Shown: in pieces, positions 31,126 through 41,513 of the stretch | How positions within the stretch are numbered: position 1 is the first letter of the stretch | How the letters are laid out: each line of letters starts with the position of its first letter | DNA from: Candidatus Binatia bacterium | Lineage (GTDB): Bacteria; Desulfobacterota; Binatia; Bin18 | Direction of reading: 5' to 3' | Assembly: GCA_963664395.2 (NCBI GenBank) | Contig: OY761159.2 | Location: forward strand, 2,176,001 to 2,240,000 | Length of the DNA: 64,000 bases | Notes under the pieces: generated by a model | Database searches by the model: none | Told to the model about the DNA's origin: nothing | Seen by the model: the letters and a program-made list of their open reading frames with translations, nothing else | Program-made: the position numbers and the translations under genes

Positions 31126-32400
31126 GTGGCACAGTCTCTCACAACTCGAGCGAAACTGATGTGGGTGGCCCTGCTGTATTTTGCCGAGGGTTTTCCATTC
31201 GGGCTCCTGTTTGATGCGTTTCCGGTGTATTTCCGGACGCATGGCATGAGCCTCACCGAAATTGGTCTGTTGAGTGTGGTGGGAGTGCCGTGGACGCTCA
31301 AGTTTCTGTGGGCACCATTGGTTGATGTATTGGGGTCGCGGCGAAGCTGGATTGTGACCTGCCAGGGCTTGCTGGCTCTCGACTTGGGCTTACTCCTTTT
31401 CCTCGACCCGACCAATATAGGCAGTCTGGCGTGGGGCGGACTCATTGCGCTTGCCATACTGTCGGCAACCCAAGACATTGCGATTGACGCCTATACGATC
31501 GAACTCCTGGACCAGACAGAAATGGGGCCTGCCAATGGGATACGAGTCAGTACCTATCGTGTCGCATTGATCGTTGCCGGGGGGATGTTTGTTGGAGCCG
31601 CTGGTCTCGTCGGTTGGCATGTGGCATTTCTGGCTGCTGCTGTCCTCTTCGCCGTACTGGCACTGGTCTCAAGTCAAATGCCTCGTATCGCGCAGGGACC
31701 ACAACGTACGCAGTATACTCAATCTTGGTCCACTGCGCTCACACACGGGTTCCTCAACCCGCTCAAGAGTTTTTGGCGGCGGCCTGGCGTTATTGCGGTC
31801 CTTCTCTTTGTGCTGCTCTTCAAACTCGGGGATATGGCATTGGGGCCGATGGTCCGGCCGTTCTGGGTGGACCGGGAGTTTACGCCGCTTCAGATAGGCA
31901 TTATTCCGGGAACGGTTGGCGTCGCCAGTACGATTCTCGGAGCGTTGCTCGGCGGTCGTCTCACCAAACAATGGGGGCTTTTTCGCGCATTGTGGGTATT
32001 GGGCATTGCTCAAGCCGGTTCCAACCTGTTCTACGCCGTGACCGCCGCCCTCCCCCGTTCCGAGCTGCTGATGTATTGCGCTTCGATTGTCGAGTCGTTT
32101 TGTGGCGGGCTGGGGACCGCGCCATTCTTGGCCTTTTTGATGAGTATCTGTAACAAACACCAAGCCGCCACCCAGTACGCCCTGCTGAGCGCGCTCTTTG
32201 GCCTGGGGCGGTCGTTGTCAGGGGCCTTTTCCGGGGTGCTCACCCAGAGTATCGGCTACGCGACGTATTTCACCCTGACTTTTTTCCTGGCTTGGCCAGC
32301 TTTTGTCCTCTTGCCGTGGGTCCGCATCTGGGTCGTTCAAGCAGAGAAGCGTTCGTCTGCCCGTCAGACCAAAGAGAGTCAGTCAGCCCAGAAAGCGTGA
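31126..32400 (+). CDS. ampG: AmpG-family MFS muropeptide transporter
   Basis: PWTLKFLWAPLVD, SATQDIAIDAY, ATQYALLS; about 12 TM segments. Confidence 0.85.
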   Translation: MAQSLTTRAKLMWVALLYFAEGFPFGLLFDAFPVYFRTHGMSLTEIGLLSVVGVPWTLKFLWAPLVDVLGSRRSWIVTCQGLLALDLGLLLFLDPTNIGSLAWGGLIALAILSATQDIAIDAYTIELLDQTEMGPANGIRVSTYRVALIVAGGMFVGAAGLVGWHVAFLAAAVLFAVLALVSSQMPRIAQGPQRTQYTQSWSTALTHGFLNPLKSFWRRPGVIAVLLFVLLFKLGDMALGPMVRPFWVDREFTPLQIGIIPGTVGVASTILGALLGGRLTKQWGLFRALWVLGIAQAGSNLFYAVTAALPRSELLMYCASIVESFCGGLGTAPFLAFLMSICNKHQAATQYALLSALFGLGRSLSGAFSGVLTQSIGYATYFTLTFFLAWPAFVLLPWVRIWVVQAEKRSSARQTKESQSAQKA

Positions 32401-32424
32401 GCGGGTACGAGAGCCCCTTCTGTC

Positions 32425-33229
32425 CTAGAGCGTGTAGAAGGCGTAGCGCAGGGATAGCCACACCCCGTGGCTCGACAGATGGGCGCGCGTTCGACCCACA
32501 GTGAGCGGAACCAGGACATCCCCGTCTCGATTGACGACCCGCGCGATTCCCTCGTCGGTCTCGACAGCGCCGGAATCCGTATAGCGATACGCGAGCTCAA
32601 GCGTCAGTCGATCGGTAATCGCTGTGCCGACGCCCGCCGTCAGCATCCAAGCGAAATTAACCTGGTGTCCACCCGGAGCGATGGTCCGCGTTCTGGTGAA
32701 CTTCATACGGGTTTTGCCGATATCGATATACGTGGCGCCAGCGCCAGCGCCGATGAACGGGCTGAACGGCCCGAGCCGCGGCAGGCCCAACTGCGGCAGG
32801 TCCACATAGGCGGCAAACATGCCGGACAGGGAGGACAATCTCGCCGAGACCTCCTGCCGACCTTGAGTTTGCAAAAAGTTTGCACGACCGGTGAGGGTGA
32901 ATCTCGGACGGTATTGAAACAGGGCCTCAATCCGCAGGGCAGGCATGATGGCGTGGCCGAGCCCAAGCTCGAAGCCGGCCGGCGCGCTGAAATCGCCGTG
33001 CGTGCTCAAGGGCGCTCCGTCGTTCCCTGTCCCACAGCCATACAAGGCGTATATGGCCGGCGGGGCGTGGTTCGTACAGTCCTTGTCCTTGAAGCGCGTG
33101 TCCTCCGACCAATCGAGGCCGACTCCGGCCCGCACATAGACATCCTTCGCTTGAGCCCCGGGCCCTGGAGGGCAAAAATAGGGCCGCAACGACCACAACA
33201 ATCCTCCAGATTTGCCATCTCTTCATCAT
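32425..33229 (-). pseudogene. Opacity/OmpA-type outer-membrane beta-barrel protein with a one-base frameshift in the signal peptide
   Basis: SD AAGGA plus MMKRWQIWRIVVVVAALF in one frame; mature domain AQA-KDVYVRAG...PFIGAGAG..LELAYRY..LRYAF in another; span is 805 bp = 3n+1. Confidence 0.7.
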
Positions 33230-33280
33230 AATGTCCTTATGCAAGGCGGTCCGTAAATAATAACCCTTCAGGTGGATATA

Positions 33281-33374
33281 TCATATGCTATATAACATAT
33301 TGCATATGACGAATATATATTTGACAACTAATCTGCTGCATGCTATTTGGTTTGCCCTGAGCAACTGCTGAGGG
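33281..33374 (+). promoter_or_regulatory. Candidate promoter and operator-like inverted repeats of the defence operon
   Basis: TTGACA(33321)-17bp-TATTTG with upstream TG; IR TCATATGC-13-GCATATGA (33281-33309); imperfect IR CCCTGAGC-4-GCTGAGGG (33355-33374). Confidence 0.5.
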
Positions 33375-33380
33375 TTCATA

Positions 33381-36300
33381 ATGGCACGAACAAGCATCGG
33401 TATACCAGGAGACTATTCAACCCGAGTTCGGAATGTGCGGAACCGCCTGGAGTTGACCCAGGTCAAGCTGGCCGAGCGTATCGGAGTCTCCTTTGCAACC
33501 GTGAACCGGTGGGAAAACGGACAGTCGAAACCAACGCGCCTGGCCTGGCAACAGATTCTCAACCTTGAAGCCGGCCTTGAGACATCGCAGGATAATGCTC
33601 AACCTGCCGTAGCTGCATTGGACCCATTACCGCGGCTGGACTTCGCGGCCAAGCCGCACGTGGTCACCGCGGTGGCCGAGGCAACCCGTCTTGCCTACGG
33701 CTATCTTTTCAACCCAGCCTTTGCCTCAGAAATCTCTTTGATTGATCCGCTGCCGCACCAGCGGATTGCCGTCTATGAGCATATGCTGAGCCTGGCGCCA
33801 TTACGATTCCTGCTCGCTGACGATGCCGGCGCAGGAAAGACCATCATGACCGGCCTCTATCTCCGGGAGGTCTTCATGCGCCGCCTCATGAAGCGTGTCC
33901 TCATCGTTCCGCCGGCTGGGCTGGTCGGCAACTGGGAACGCGAGTTGCGCACGCTGTTTCGTCTGCATTTTCGGATCGTGCGGGGCGACGAGGCCCGCAC
34001 CGGAAACCCGTTCGTCGGGTCGGACAGCGACCGTCTCATCGTCAGCCTCGATACCCTGACCGGTGAACGCATGTTTACGCGTATGCGTGAAGCAGTAGTC
34101 TCAGGGGCCGCGCTTCCATACGACCTCGTAGTATTCGACGAAGCCCACAAACTGGCGGCGAACCGCGAGCAGGATTTCCATGTCCGCAAGACCGACCGCT
34201 ATAAGCTCGCCGAGGCGTTGGCAGGTCTGTCCGTCGATGATGCGCGCTGGGAGTTAGGCTGGTCGGCAACAAACGTCCTGCTGCTGACCGCCACGCCACA
34301 TATGGGCAAGGACTTCCCTTATTATTACCTCTGGAGGCTGCTCGCGCCGGACGCGCTTGCAACCTTCGATGCCTTCCAAGCCTTTCCGCAGGCGCAACGC
34401 TCCCGCCATTTTATCCGACGGACCAAGGAAGAAATGGTCCGCTTCGATGGTCAGCCCCTCTACCCGCAGCGCCAATGCGACACGCTGAGCTACACCCTCA
34501 GCCCGGCAGAGCAGCAACTCTACGAGGCAACAACCACATACATCTCCGAGACCTATAACAAAGCGCGCATTCTGAATCGCTCTGCGGCCCGTCTGGCCAT
34601 GAGCGTATTCCAGCGTCGCTTGGCCAGTTCGACCTACGCCTTGCTGCGTTCGTTTGAGCGCCGCCTGGAGCGCCTGGACGAAGCTATCGAACTGGTTCGC
34701 GCCGGCCGTGCCGACGAGTTGGACCGCCGCCAGCAGCGTCTCGGGAAGACACCGGATTTTTTTGAAACGCACACCGCAGATGAAGACATTGACGAGACCG
34801 GCGGGCGCGAACGCCACGAGGAGTTCGAAGATCATGCCCTGGGCACCCTGATCGCGCTCACGCTGTCGGATCTTCAGCACGAACGTTCCGAGGTCGAAAC
34901 GCTGGCCGGTCACGCGCGCCGGCTTGCCAATGCCGGTGAAGACTCCAAGTTCGAGAAACTCCGCGCGGTCCTGCGCGACCCGACCTTCGCCCATGAGAAA
35001 TTTATCATTTTTACCGAGCACCGCGACAGCGCGGAATTCCTCGTCCGGCGTCTCGAAGGACTGGGCTTCACCGGACAAGTCGCGTTGGTCCACGGCGGGC
35101 TCGACTACCGCGAGCGGGAAGTGCAGGTCGAATTGTTCCAGCGGTCGCCGGACCAGGGCGGAGCGACCTATCTGGTCGCTACTGATGCCGCGGGCGAGGG
35201 CATCAACCTCCAGTTCTGCTGGTTAATGGTGAACTATGACGTGCCCTGGAATCCGGCCCGCCTGGAACAACGCATGGGCCGCATCCACCGCTACGGGCAG
35301 AAACGCGACCCGGTCATCATCGTCAACCTGATTGCCGGCGAGACGCGCGAGGGGCGGGTGCTCAAGACCTTGCTCGACAAGTTGGAAAACATCCGCAAAC
35401 AACTCGGGTCCGATAAGGTCTTCGACGTGGTGGGACGCCTGTTCGAGAACGTCTCGCTCCAGGCATACATGGAGCGGGCTGCGACCGAAGACGGGGCGCG
35501 CGGCGCTATCGAGGATATCGACAGCCGTCTGACACAAGAACAAGTGCGTGCGCTGGACGAGCGGGAGCGGGCGTTGTTCGGAGGCGGCGACGTCAAGAGC
35601 CGCCTGCCCGAACTCAAGGCCGCAATGGAGCAGGAAAATTATCGCCGCCTGTTGCCCGGCTATATTCGCCGCTTTGTCGGATCAGCGCTCCCCCTGCTTG
35701 ATATGAAATTGGAGGGCGACCTTGAGGAGGTCTTCAATCTCGCCCCAGAACGCGCGCGTGGTCTTGACCCCGTGCTCGGCGCTTTGGAGGCTTACCCGGA
35801 AGAGATGCAGGGCCGTTTCACAGTGTCTCGGCCACAAGGGGACGGCAACGCCGTCTGGCTGCACCCCGGCGAACCCGTGTTCGACCGATTTTGCACTGCC
35901 CTGTTGTCGCGCTACGGAGATGAGGCGTTACGTGGCACTATCTTCATAGACCCCCATGCCGACTCCCCCTATCTCTTCCATCTGGCACAGGTGTCGGTCG
36001 TTCGCCGCCAGCCGGCGGTAGCTCCTGACCTTCCCCATAAACCCAGTACGGACCGCGAGAGCGCGTATTCCGAAGTAGTCGAGAGCCGTCTGGTCGGGCT
36101 ACGGCAAGACAGCACCGGCGCAATCAAGCCCTGTCCTGTGGAGCACCTGCTGCTCCTGCGCGGCGCAGACCACGTGAAGCCCGGCAGCGTACCGCTGGCC
36201 CGCCAGGCACGCGGGCGGGCTGAAGCCGCGGCTGAATGGCTTCAGGGCGTCACGCTGGCACGCATGGTGGACGAGCACCGTGCACAGATCGAAAGCGCCC

Positions 36301-36980
36301 TGCCCGAGCGACTCGACTGGGCCGCCCGTGGGTACGACCACCAGGCGGCTGAGTTAATCGCCAAACGCCAGCGCATCAACGAACGGGCACGCAGAGGCGA
36401 TACGCGCGCCCGAGCCGAGCTTACCACGGTCAAGGCCCAGCAGCGCCGACTGACCGAGGACAAGGAGTGCCACCTTGCCAGGCTGAAGCTGGAGCCGTCT
36501 TGCATCGTTCCGGGCGAAGCGGTGATGATCGCCCACGCTCTTGTTCTCCCCTCGGACAATCCCGAAGAACGCGAACGGCACGCCGCCGAGGTTGAGGCCA
36601 TCGCTGTGCACTTGGCGCGTGCTTACGAGGAAGAGGCGGGTGCCAGCGTGGACGATGTCTCGCGGCCCGAACTGGCCCGCCGGGCTGGCCTCACCGATTG
36701 GCCGGGCTTCGACCTGCTGTCCCGACACTCTGACACCGGCGAGCGTGCCATTGAGGTCAAAGGTCGTGCCCACTCGGGCGGTATTGAGTTGAGCGAAAAC
36801 GAATGGGCCAATGCCTGCAACCTGCGCGACGGCTACTGGTTATACGTTGTCTTCGACTGCGCTACACCCCGCCCGCGTCTGGTGCGGGTGCGCGACCCGT
36901 TTGGTAAACTGCTCGCCAAGAGCCGCAACGCCACCGCCTACACCATCTCGCCCAAGTCGATTTTGGAAGTAGCCGAGTAA
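33381..36980 (+). CDS. XRE-HTH + SNF2-like helicase + C-terminal DUF3883-like (PD-(D/E)xK) nuclease domain
   Basis: LTQVKLAERIGVSFATVNRWENG; LLADDAGAGKT, DEAH, LTATPH, EGINLQ, EQRMGRIHRYGQ; GFDLLS..IEVKG..LSENEW..YWLYVV. Confidence 0.9.
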   Translation: MARTSIGIPGDYSTRVRNVRNRLELTQVKLAERIGVSFATVNRWENGQSKPTRLAWQQILNLEAGLETSQDNAQPAVAALDPLPRLDFAAKPHVVTAVAEATRLAYGYLFNPAFASEISLIDPLPHQRIAVYEHMLSLAPLRFLLADDAGAGKTIMTGLYLREVFMRRLMKRVLIVPPAGLVGNWERELRTLFRLHFRIVRGDEARTGNPFVGSDSDRLIVSLDTLTGERMFTRMREAVVSGAALPYDLVVFDEAHKLAANREQDFHVRKTDRYKLAEALAGLSVDDARWELGWSATNVLLLTATPHMGKDFPYYYLWRLLAPDALATFDAFQAFPQAQRSRHFIRRTKEEMVRFDGQPLYPQRQCDTLSYTLSPAEQQLYEATTTYISETYNKARILNRSAARLAMSVFQRRLASSTYALLRSFERRLERLDEAIELVRAGRADELDRRQQRLGKTPDFFETHTADEDIDETGGRERHEEFEDHALGTLIALTLSDLQHERSEVETLAGHARRLANAGEDSKFEKLRAVLRDPTFAHEKFIIFTEHRDSAEFLVRRLEGLGFTGQVALVHGGLDYREREVQVELFQRSPDQGGATYLVATDAAGEGINLQFCWLMVNYDVPWNPARLEQRMGRIHRYGQKRDPVIIVNLIAGETREGRVLKTLLDKLENIRKQLGSDKVFDVVGRLFENVSLQAYMERAATEDGARGAIEDIDSRLTQEQVRALDERERALFGGGDVKSRLPELKAAMEQENYRRLLPGYIRRFVGSALPLLDMKLEGDLEEVFNLAPERARGLDPVLGALEAYPEEMQGRFTVSRPQGDGNAVWLHPGEPVFDRFCTALLSRYGDEALRGTIFIDPHADSPYLFHLAQVSVVRRQPAVAPDLPHKPSTDRESAYSEVVESRLVGLRQDSTGAIKPCPVEHLLLLRGADHVKPGSVPLARQARGRAEAAAEWLQGVTLARMVDEHRAQIESALPERLDWAARGYDHQAAELIAKRQRINERARRGDTRARAELTTVKAQQRRLTEDKECHLARLKLEPSCIVPGEAVMIAHALVLPSDNPEERERHAAEVEAIAVHLARAYEEEAGASVDDVSRPELARRAGLTDWPGFDLLSRHSDTGERAIEVKGRAHSGGIELSENEWANACNLRDGYWLYVVFDCATPRPRLVRVRDPFGKLLAKSRNATAYTISPKSILEVAE

Positions 36981-36997
36981 GATGAAAGGGTAACGAC

Positions 36998-37084
36998 ATG
37001 GGAGCCACACACGTCACCGTACTCATTTGCAACCCGGCCGAGCCGGACCGCACAAAATTCATGGAGGACATAAAGAGTGACTGA
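36998..37084 (+). pseudogene. Probable 5' remnant of a clan AA aspartic protease-like gene
   Basis: MGATHVTVLICNPAEPDRT resembles, from memory, the N-terminus of small clan AA proteases, but the ORF diverges and stops before any DTG motif. Confidence 0.4.
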
Positions 37085-38111
37085 TTTGAACATAAATCTG
37101 AATGTACCCGCCCTTGAAAAACTGGCGGACTATACTGCCAGCGGGATCGGTGCAGTTGCCGGACCAATGTTGGCCACATGGAAAGCAAGCAAAGAAGCGG
37201 AGGCAAAACGCATTACGGCACAGGCGGACGCGGATGCACAAATTACTAAAGCCGAGGCAGATGCCAGTAGCTTACAGATCATTGCTGACGCACAAGCCAA
37301 GGCTCGGCAGTCTATTGATGCGCCGATTGAATCAGGCCAAGGCACGCTGGAAATTCGCGGGGATACTATTACTCAACGTATAGAATTCCAGGAGAGGAAA
37401 CGGCAGAGCAATATCGTATCCGTCGTGCGCGCGGCCGCTGCCGAACTTGGGAACAAAGAAGTTCCCAATCACGAGCCAGACCCGGACTGGACCGCCCGTC
37501 TTTTCGACAGCGTCCAAGATGTCTCGTCAGAAGATATGCAGAAAATTTGGGCAAAAATTCTTTCCGGCGAGGTGGAAACTCCCGGAAGAACTTCACTGCG
37601 CACCTTGGACACTCTTAGGAACATGACAAAAAGAGATGCTGAGATGTTCAGCGACGCTTGTAGCTTTGTTTTTCGAGAAGGAGAAGTGTATTTCATTCTA
37701 CGAGGAATACCAGACGAGTACGATGCCCTTCGACATACTAAGCTACTTCATCTACAAGACTGTGGTCTCGCAGCGATTGGTCCGACGTCCTACAAACCTT
37801 CTAATGAAGCTATCTCAGAACTTGTATACCAGAGCCTTCTGCTTCAGATATCAAGAAACGCAAAGGCCCATTCGGGGCTTGAAATTTCAGTCTCAACGCT
37901 CACGACAGCGGGTGTAGAATTGTATCGGCTCTCGGAGCCTCAATTGCGTATGGACTATTTAAGGTCCTTTGCAGGAATTCTTCGTTCCCATAATCATCAA
38001 TTATCGAGTGCGCAGATTGTCAATCAACATTCTGACGGAAGATTAGAGCATCGAAATGAATTTACTCCGATTGAGCCAGAGTCCCAGCAGGTTGGTGGAG
38101 CCGCTAGATGA
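37077..38111 (+). CDS. DUF2806-domain protein
   Basis: RQSNI..V...PDPDW..F...DVSSEDMQKIWAKILSGEVETPG..SLRTL..L; visibly more AT-rich than its neighbours. Confidence 0.8.
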   Translation: MTDLNINLNVPALEKLADYTASGIGAVAGPMLATWKASKEAEAKRITAQADADAQITKAEADASSLQIIADAQAKARQSIDAPIESGQGTLEIRGDTITQRIEFQERKRQSNIVSVVRAAAAELGNKEVPNHEPDPDWTARLFDSVQDVSSEDMQKIWAKILSGEVETPGRTSLRTLDTLRNMTKRDAEMFSDACSFVFREGEVYFILRGIPDEYDALRHTKLLHLQDCGLAAIGPTSYKPSNEAISELVYQSLLLQISRNAKAHSGLEISVSTLTTAGVELYRLSEPQLRMDYLRSFAGILRSHNHQLSSAQIVNQHSDGRLEHRNEFTPIEPESQQVGGAAR

Positions 38112-38979
38112 CATCTGATCCCAAACGTCTCATCGAAGTCGATTTCCCACTCGAACAAGTCTCGCTCGACTCGGTACACGAGAAGAATGTGCGTCACGGG
38201 CATATTTCGACGCTGCATATCTGGCCGGCGCGCAGGCCGTTGGCGGCGTGCCGGGCGGCGTTGATTGCGACGTTGCTGCCCGACCCCGGCAATGCGGAGG
38301 AACGCAAGGCCATCTACCGGCGTATGGCCGGGACGGTGGTGGAGACGATCAAGCCGGAAAAGAAGAACGGCAAGACGGTTGAGAAGCGTAGGCGCGAGAC
38401 CCGTGACGGCATTCTGCATTGGGGACGCGAGAACGGCCCTGACCTCGACTGGTTCCGCGACAAAATACGCGAAGCCTATGGTGGCCGCGCGCCCAAGGTG
38501 CTGGACCCGTTCGCCGGTGGCGGGGCGATTCCGTTGGAGGCCATGCGGCTGGGCTGTGAGGTGACGGCCAATGACCTCAACCCGGTCGCCTGGTTCATCC
38601 TGAAATGTACGCTCGAATATCCGCAAAAGCTCGCCGGCCAGACCCGCCCGCTACCCGACTTTGCGCTGCAAGACCGGGACTTCATGGCGTCCTTCCTCAA
38701 GGCAAATGGCTATAAGGGTGCAGCGCTCAGGAGGGAACTTGCCAAGCTCCACCTTGATAAGGACGGCCTGGATAAGGATGGCGGGGTCGCTGAGCCGGAA
38801 CTCATCTACCATAAGCCGCTGCTGGACGCCGACCTTGCCTGGCAGGTGCGCGCTTGGGGCCGCTGGGTATTGGCGCAGGCGCGCAAACGGCTGGCTCGCC
38901 GCTATCCGACCTATGCTGAGTTTCAGGCGTTGAAACCGGCCTCAGATCATTCCTCCCGTGAACGTGTGCTGCAAAAAGA

Positions 38980-39070
38980 AACCCACCCCGGCCTTCGGCT
39001 ACCCCTCCAAGGAGGGGATAAGGCAAACTCCCCTCTTGGGAGGGGTGCCGCGTCAGCGGCGGGGTGGGTT
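38980..39070. repeat. 91-bp palindromic element within the methyltransferase reading frame
   Basis: 11-bp perfect terminal IR AACCCACCCCG/CGGGGTGGGTT; internal inverted CCCCTC..GAGGGG hairpins. Confidence 0.8.
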
Positions 39071-39330
39071 CCTCCGCTGCAACTGCTGGAACCGGACGCG
39101 GACGGCAAGACGAATGTCGGGCCGCTGAATGCCGGTTTCGCTAAAGCCTATCTTGCTGACCCTGGGCAACCGCGCTGGATAGCCAAGCCCACCGTCGCCT
39201 ATTTGTGGGCGCGAACCGTGCGCTGCAAGGGCTGCCGCGCCACCCTCCCGCTGCTCAAGACCACGTGGCTGGTAAAGAAGGACAACAAGCGCGTGCTGCT
39301 GACCGTGACGCCGCACGCTGACCGGACGGG

Positions 39331-39355
39331 CCCTTCGACGGGGCTCAGGACAGGC
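39331..39355 (+). repeat. 25-bp REP-like element (encodes PSTGLRTG)
   Basis: CCCTTCGACGGGGCTCAGGACAGGC; 24/25 match to the reverse complement of 41078-41102. Confidence 0.8.
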
Positions 39356-41077
39356 GTCGTGTTCGGCATTGAAAAGGATGTCCCGCCGGTCGGCGGCAAT
39401 GCCGCGCAGCGGCGCGAACACGACAAACGGCGCGGGGCCGGCACCATGAGCCGCTCGGGTGCGCAATGTCCCTGCTGCCCGACGATCATGAGCATGGATG
39501 ACATTCGCTACGAAGGCCGCGCCGGACGGCTGGGCGCGGTCATGACCGTAGTGGTTGTGGATGGGGTGAAGGGCAAGGAATACCGGCTGCCGACCGAGGA
39601 AGAGCTTCGGGTCACTGAGGTTTCGCAACAAGAACTGGCCGAACTCTACGAGCAGATTCCGTTCGGCCTGCCGGAGGAGCCGACACCGCGTCAAGGATGC
39701 CTGGTGCGGCACGTGCCTTGCGTGGACAAGTATGGACTTGACCAATGGGCGAAGCTGTTTACCGAAGCGGCAGTTGCTCTGTCTTGGCTCGTTCGTCGGA
39801 ATTGTGCGAGAACTCGCTCGGAGTATGGATGGTGATATGCCCGGGGACTGGCGTGAGGCGTTGATTGCGAGCCTTGCGTTGGTGAGCGATCGTATCGCCG
39901 ACCGTGGTAGCGCGATTGCTCATTGGGATGTGGGTAGAGAGACAGTGGTCAATACTTTCCAAAGATTCGCTTTACCGATCAGTTGGGATTTTTCCGAAAC
40001 GGCCGTCCTGAGCGAAACAACAGGCTCTTATTCCGGACAACTCGAATGGGTGGCCCGCTATCTGGAGCACGGGGTAAACGCTTCGACCTCTTCCGTGAAG
40101 CCGTACCCTGCTAAACGTAGTGCGATTAACCTCGAAGGAGAGTACGAGGCCATCATTACCGACCCGCCCTATTACGATGCCATTGGGTACTCGAACTTAA
40201 TGGACTTCTTCCATGTCTGGCTAAGGCGCTCCACACATGGCTTATCCTCTGACATCGACGCCGCTTTTCAGGAACCGCTTGGGCCGAAATGGGATCACGA
40301 CACCGGCGACGGCGAGTTAATCGACGATGCAAGCCGCTTCGACGGTGACAGAGCGCGTTCAAAGCAGAACTACGAAGACGGCATGGCCCGTGCGTTTCAG
40401 GCGTGCCACTCGGCGTTGAAATCTGACGGGCGGCTTATCGTGGCGTTTGCCAATAAATCGCCCGATGCCTGGGAGACGCTGGTCGCCGCGCTGATTCGCG
40501 CCGGATTTGTTGTTGACGGTTCGTGGCCGATTCAGACCGAGATGGGCAACCGGCCCCGTGCAATGGCCTCGGCGGCCTTGTCCTCTTCCGTCTGGCTCGT
40601 CTGCAAGAAACGTCCTCCTGCCCGACCCGGCTGGGACAACACTGTGCTGGCCGAGATGCGGGAGCGTATTCGCACGCAACTCCGCGACTTTTGGGACGCG
40701 GGTATTCGCGGCCCTGATTTCGTCTGGTCGGCGACCGGCCCGGCGTTGGAAGCCTTCTCCAAGTATCCCGTCGTGAAGAAGGCCGATGAAGCCGGCGCGC
40801 AGATGAGCGTCTCGGAGTTCCTGCGCGAGGTGCGCCGGATTGTGGTCGATTTCGTGGTCGGGCGCGTGCTCACGCAGGACGGCGAGGCCGAGGCCATCAG
40901 CGGGCTCGACGACGTCACGACCTATTACCTGCTGCACCGCAAGGATTTCGGCCTCGACAAAGCGCCCATCGGGGCCTGTATTCTGTACGCCCTGTCGTGC
41001 AACCTCTCAGACCGTGAACTGACCGACCGGCTTGACATCCTGGCACGCGCGGGCAAGACCCTGTTCGACGCCCTTGA

Positions 41078-41102
41078 GCCTGTCCTGAGCCCAGTCGAAG
41101 GG
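41078..41102 (-). repeat. 25-bp REP-like element, inverted copy (encodes PVLSPVEG on the + strand)
   Basis: GCCTGTCCTGAGCCCAGTCGAAGGG. Confidence 0.8.
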
Positions 41103-41513
41103 GACGACGACCGGACGGACGAGACCGAGGAGAGCGAGGCCGACTCCGGCGGCACGGGCAACACGGTCAAGCTGAAAGCCTGGCATCAGCGCCGGGCCAA
41201 ATGGCTCGGCATCGAGTCGCCACGGGAACGGCCCGTCCCGCTGATTGATCAGGCGCACCGGCTGATGCACCTGTGGCGGGCCGGCGACGAGGTCAAGGTC
41301 AACGATTATCTTGACACGCGCGGCCTCAAGCGTAACGCGCTGTTCGTCCAGCTTTTACAGGCGTTGATAGAACTCGCACCCGCCGGCTCCGAAGAGCGCG
41401 CCATTCTCGAATCGCTCTCCAACCACATTGCCGCCCACGGCGGCATCGCGCCGTCGCGTCAGGCCGCCCTTCAGCTTGGGGAGGCGGGAGGTTCGGAATG
41501 ACGGCGGGTTGCA

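Larger units (their letters stand above)
38108..41501 (+). pseudogene. DUF1156-family DNA amino-methyltransferase (about 1130 aa if intact), split by a net +1 frameshift near 39764
   Basis: LHIWPARRPL, DPFAGGG (SAM motif) and CxxC motifs in ORF 38108-39835; TDPPYYD in ORF 39732-41501; removing one base gives LFT-KRQLL; span is 3394 bp = 3n+1. Confidence 0.85.

Noticed and set aside
39331-41102. Invertible segment (shufflon) bounded by the 25-bp inverted repeats
   Set aside because: There is no recombinase nearby and no alternative coding cassette on the opposite strand. Inversion would destroy the gene, so independent repeat insertions are the simpler explanation.
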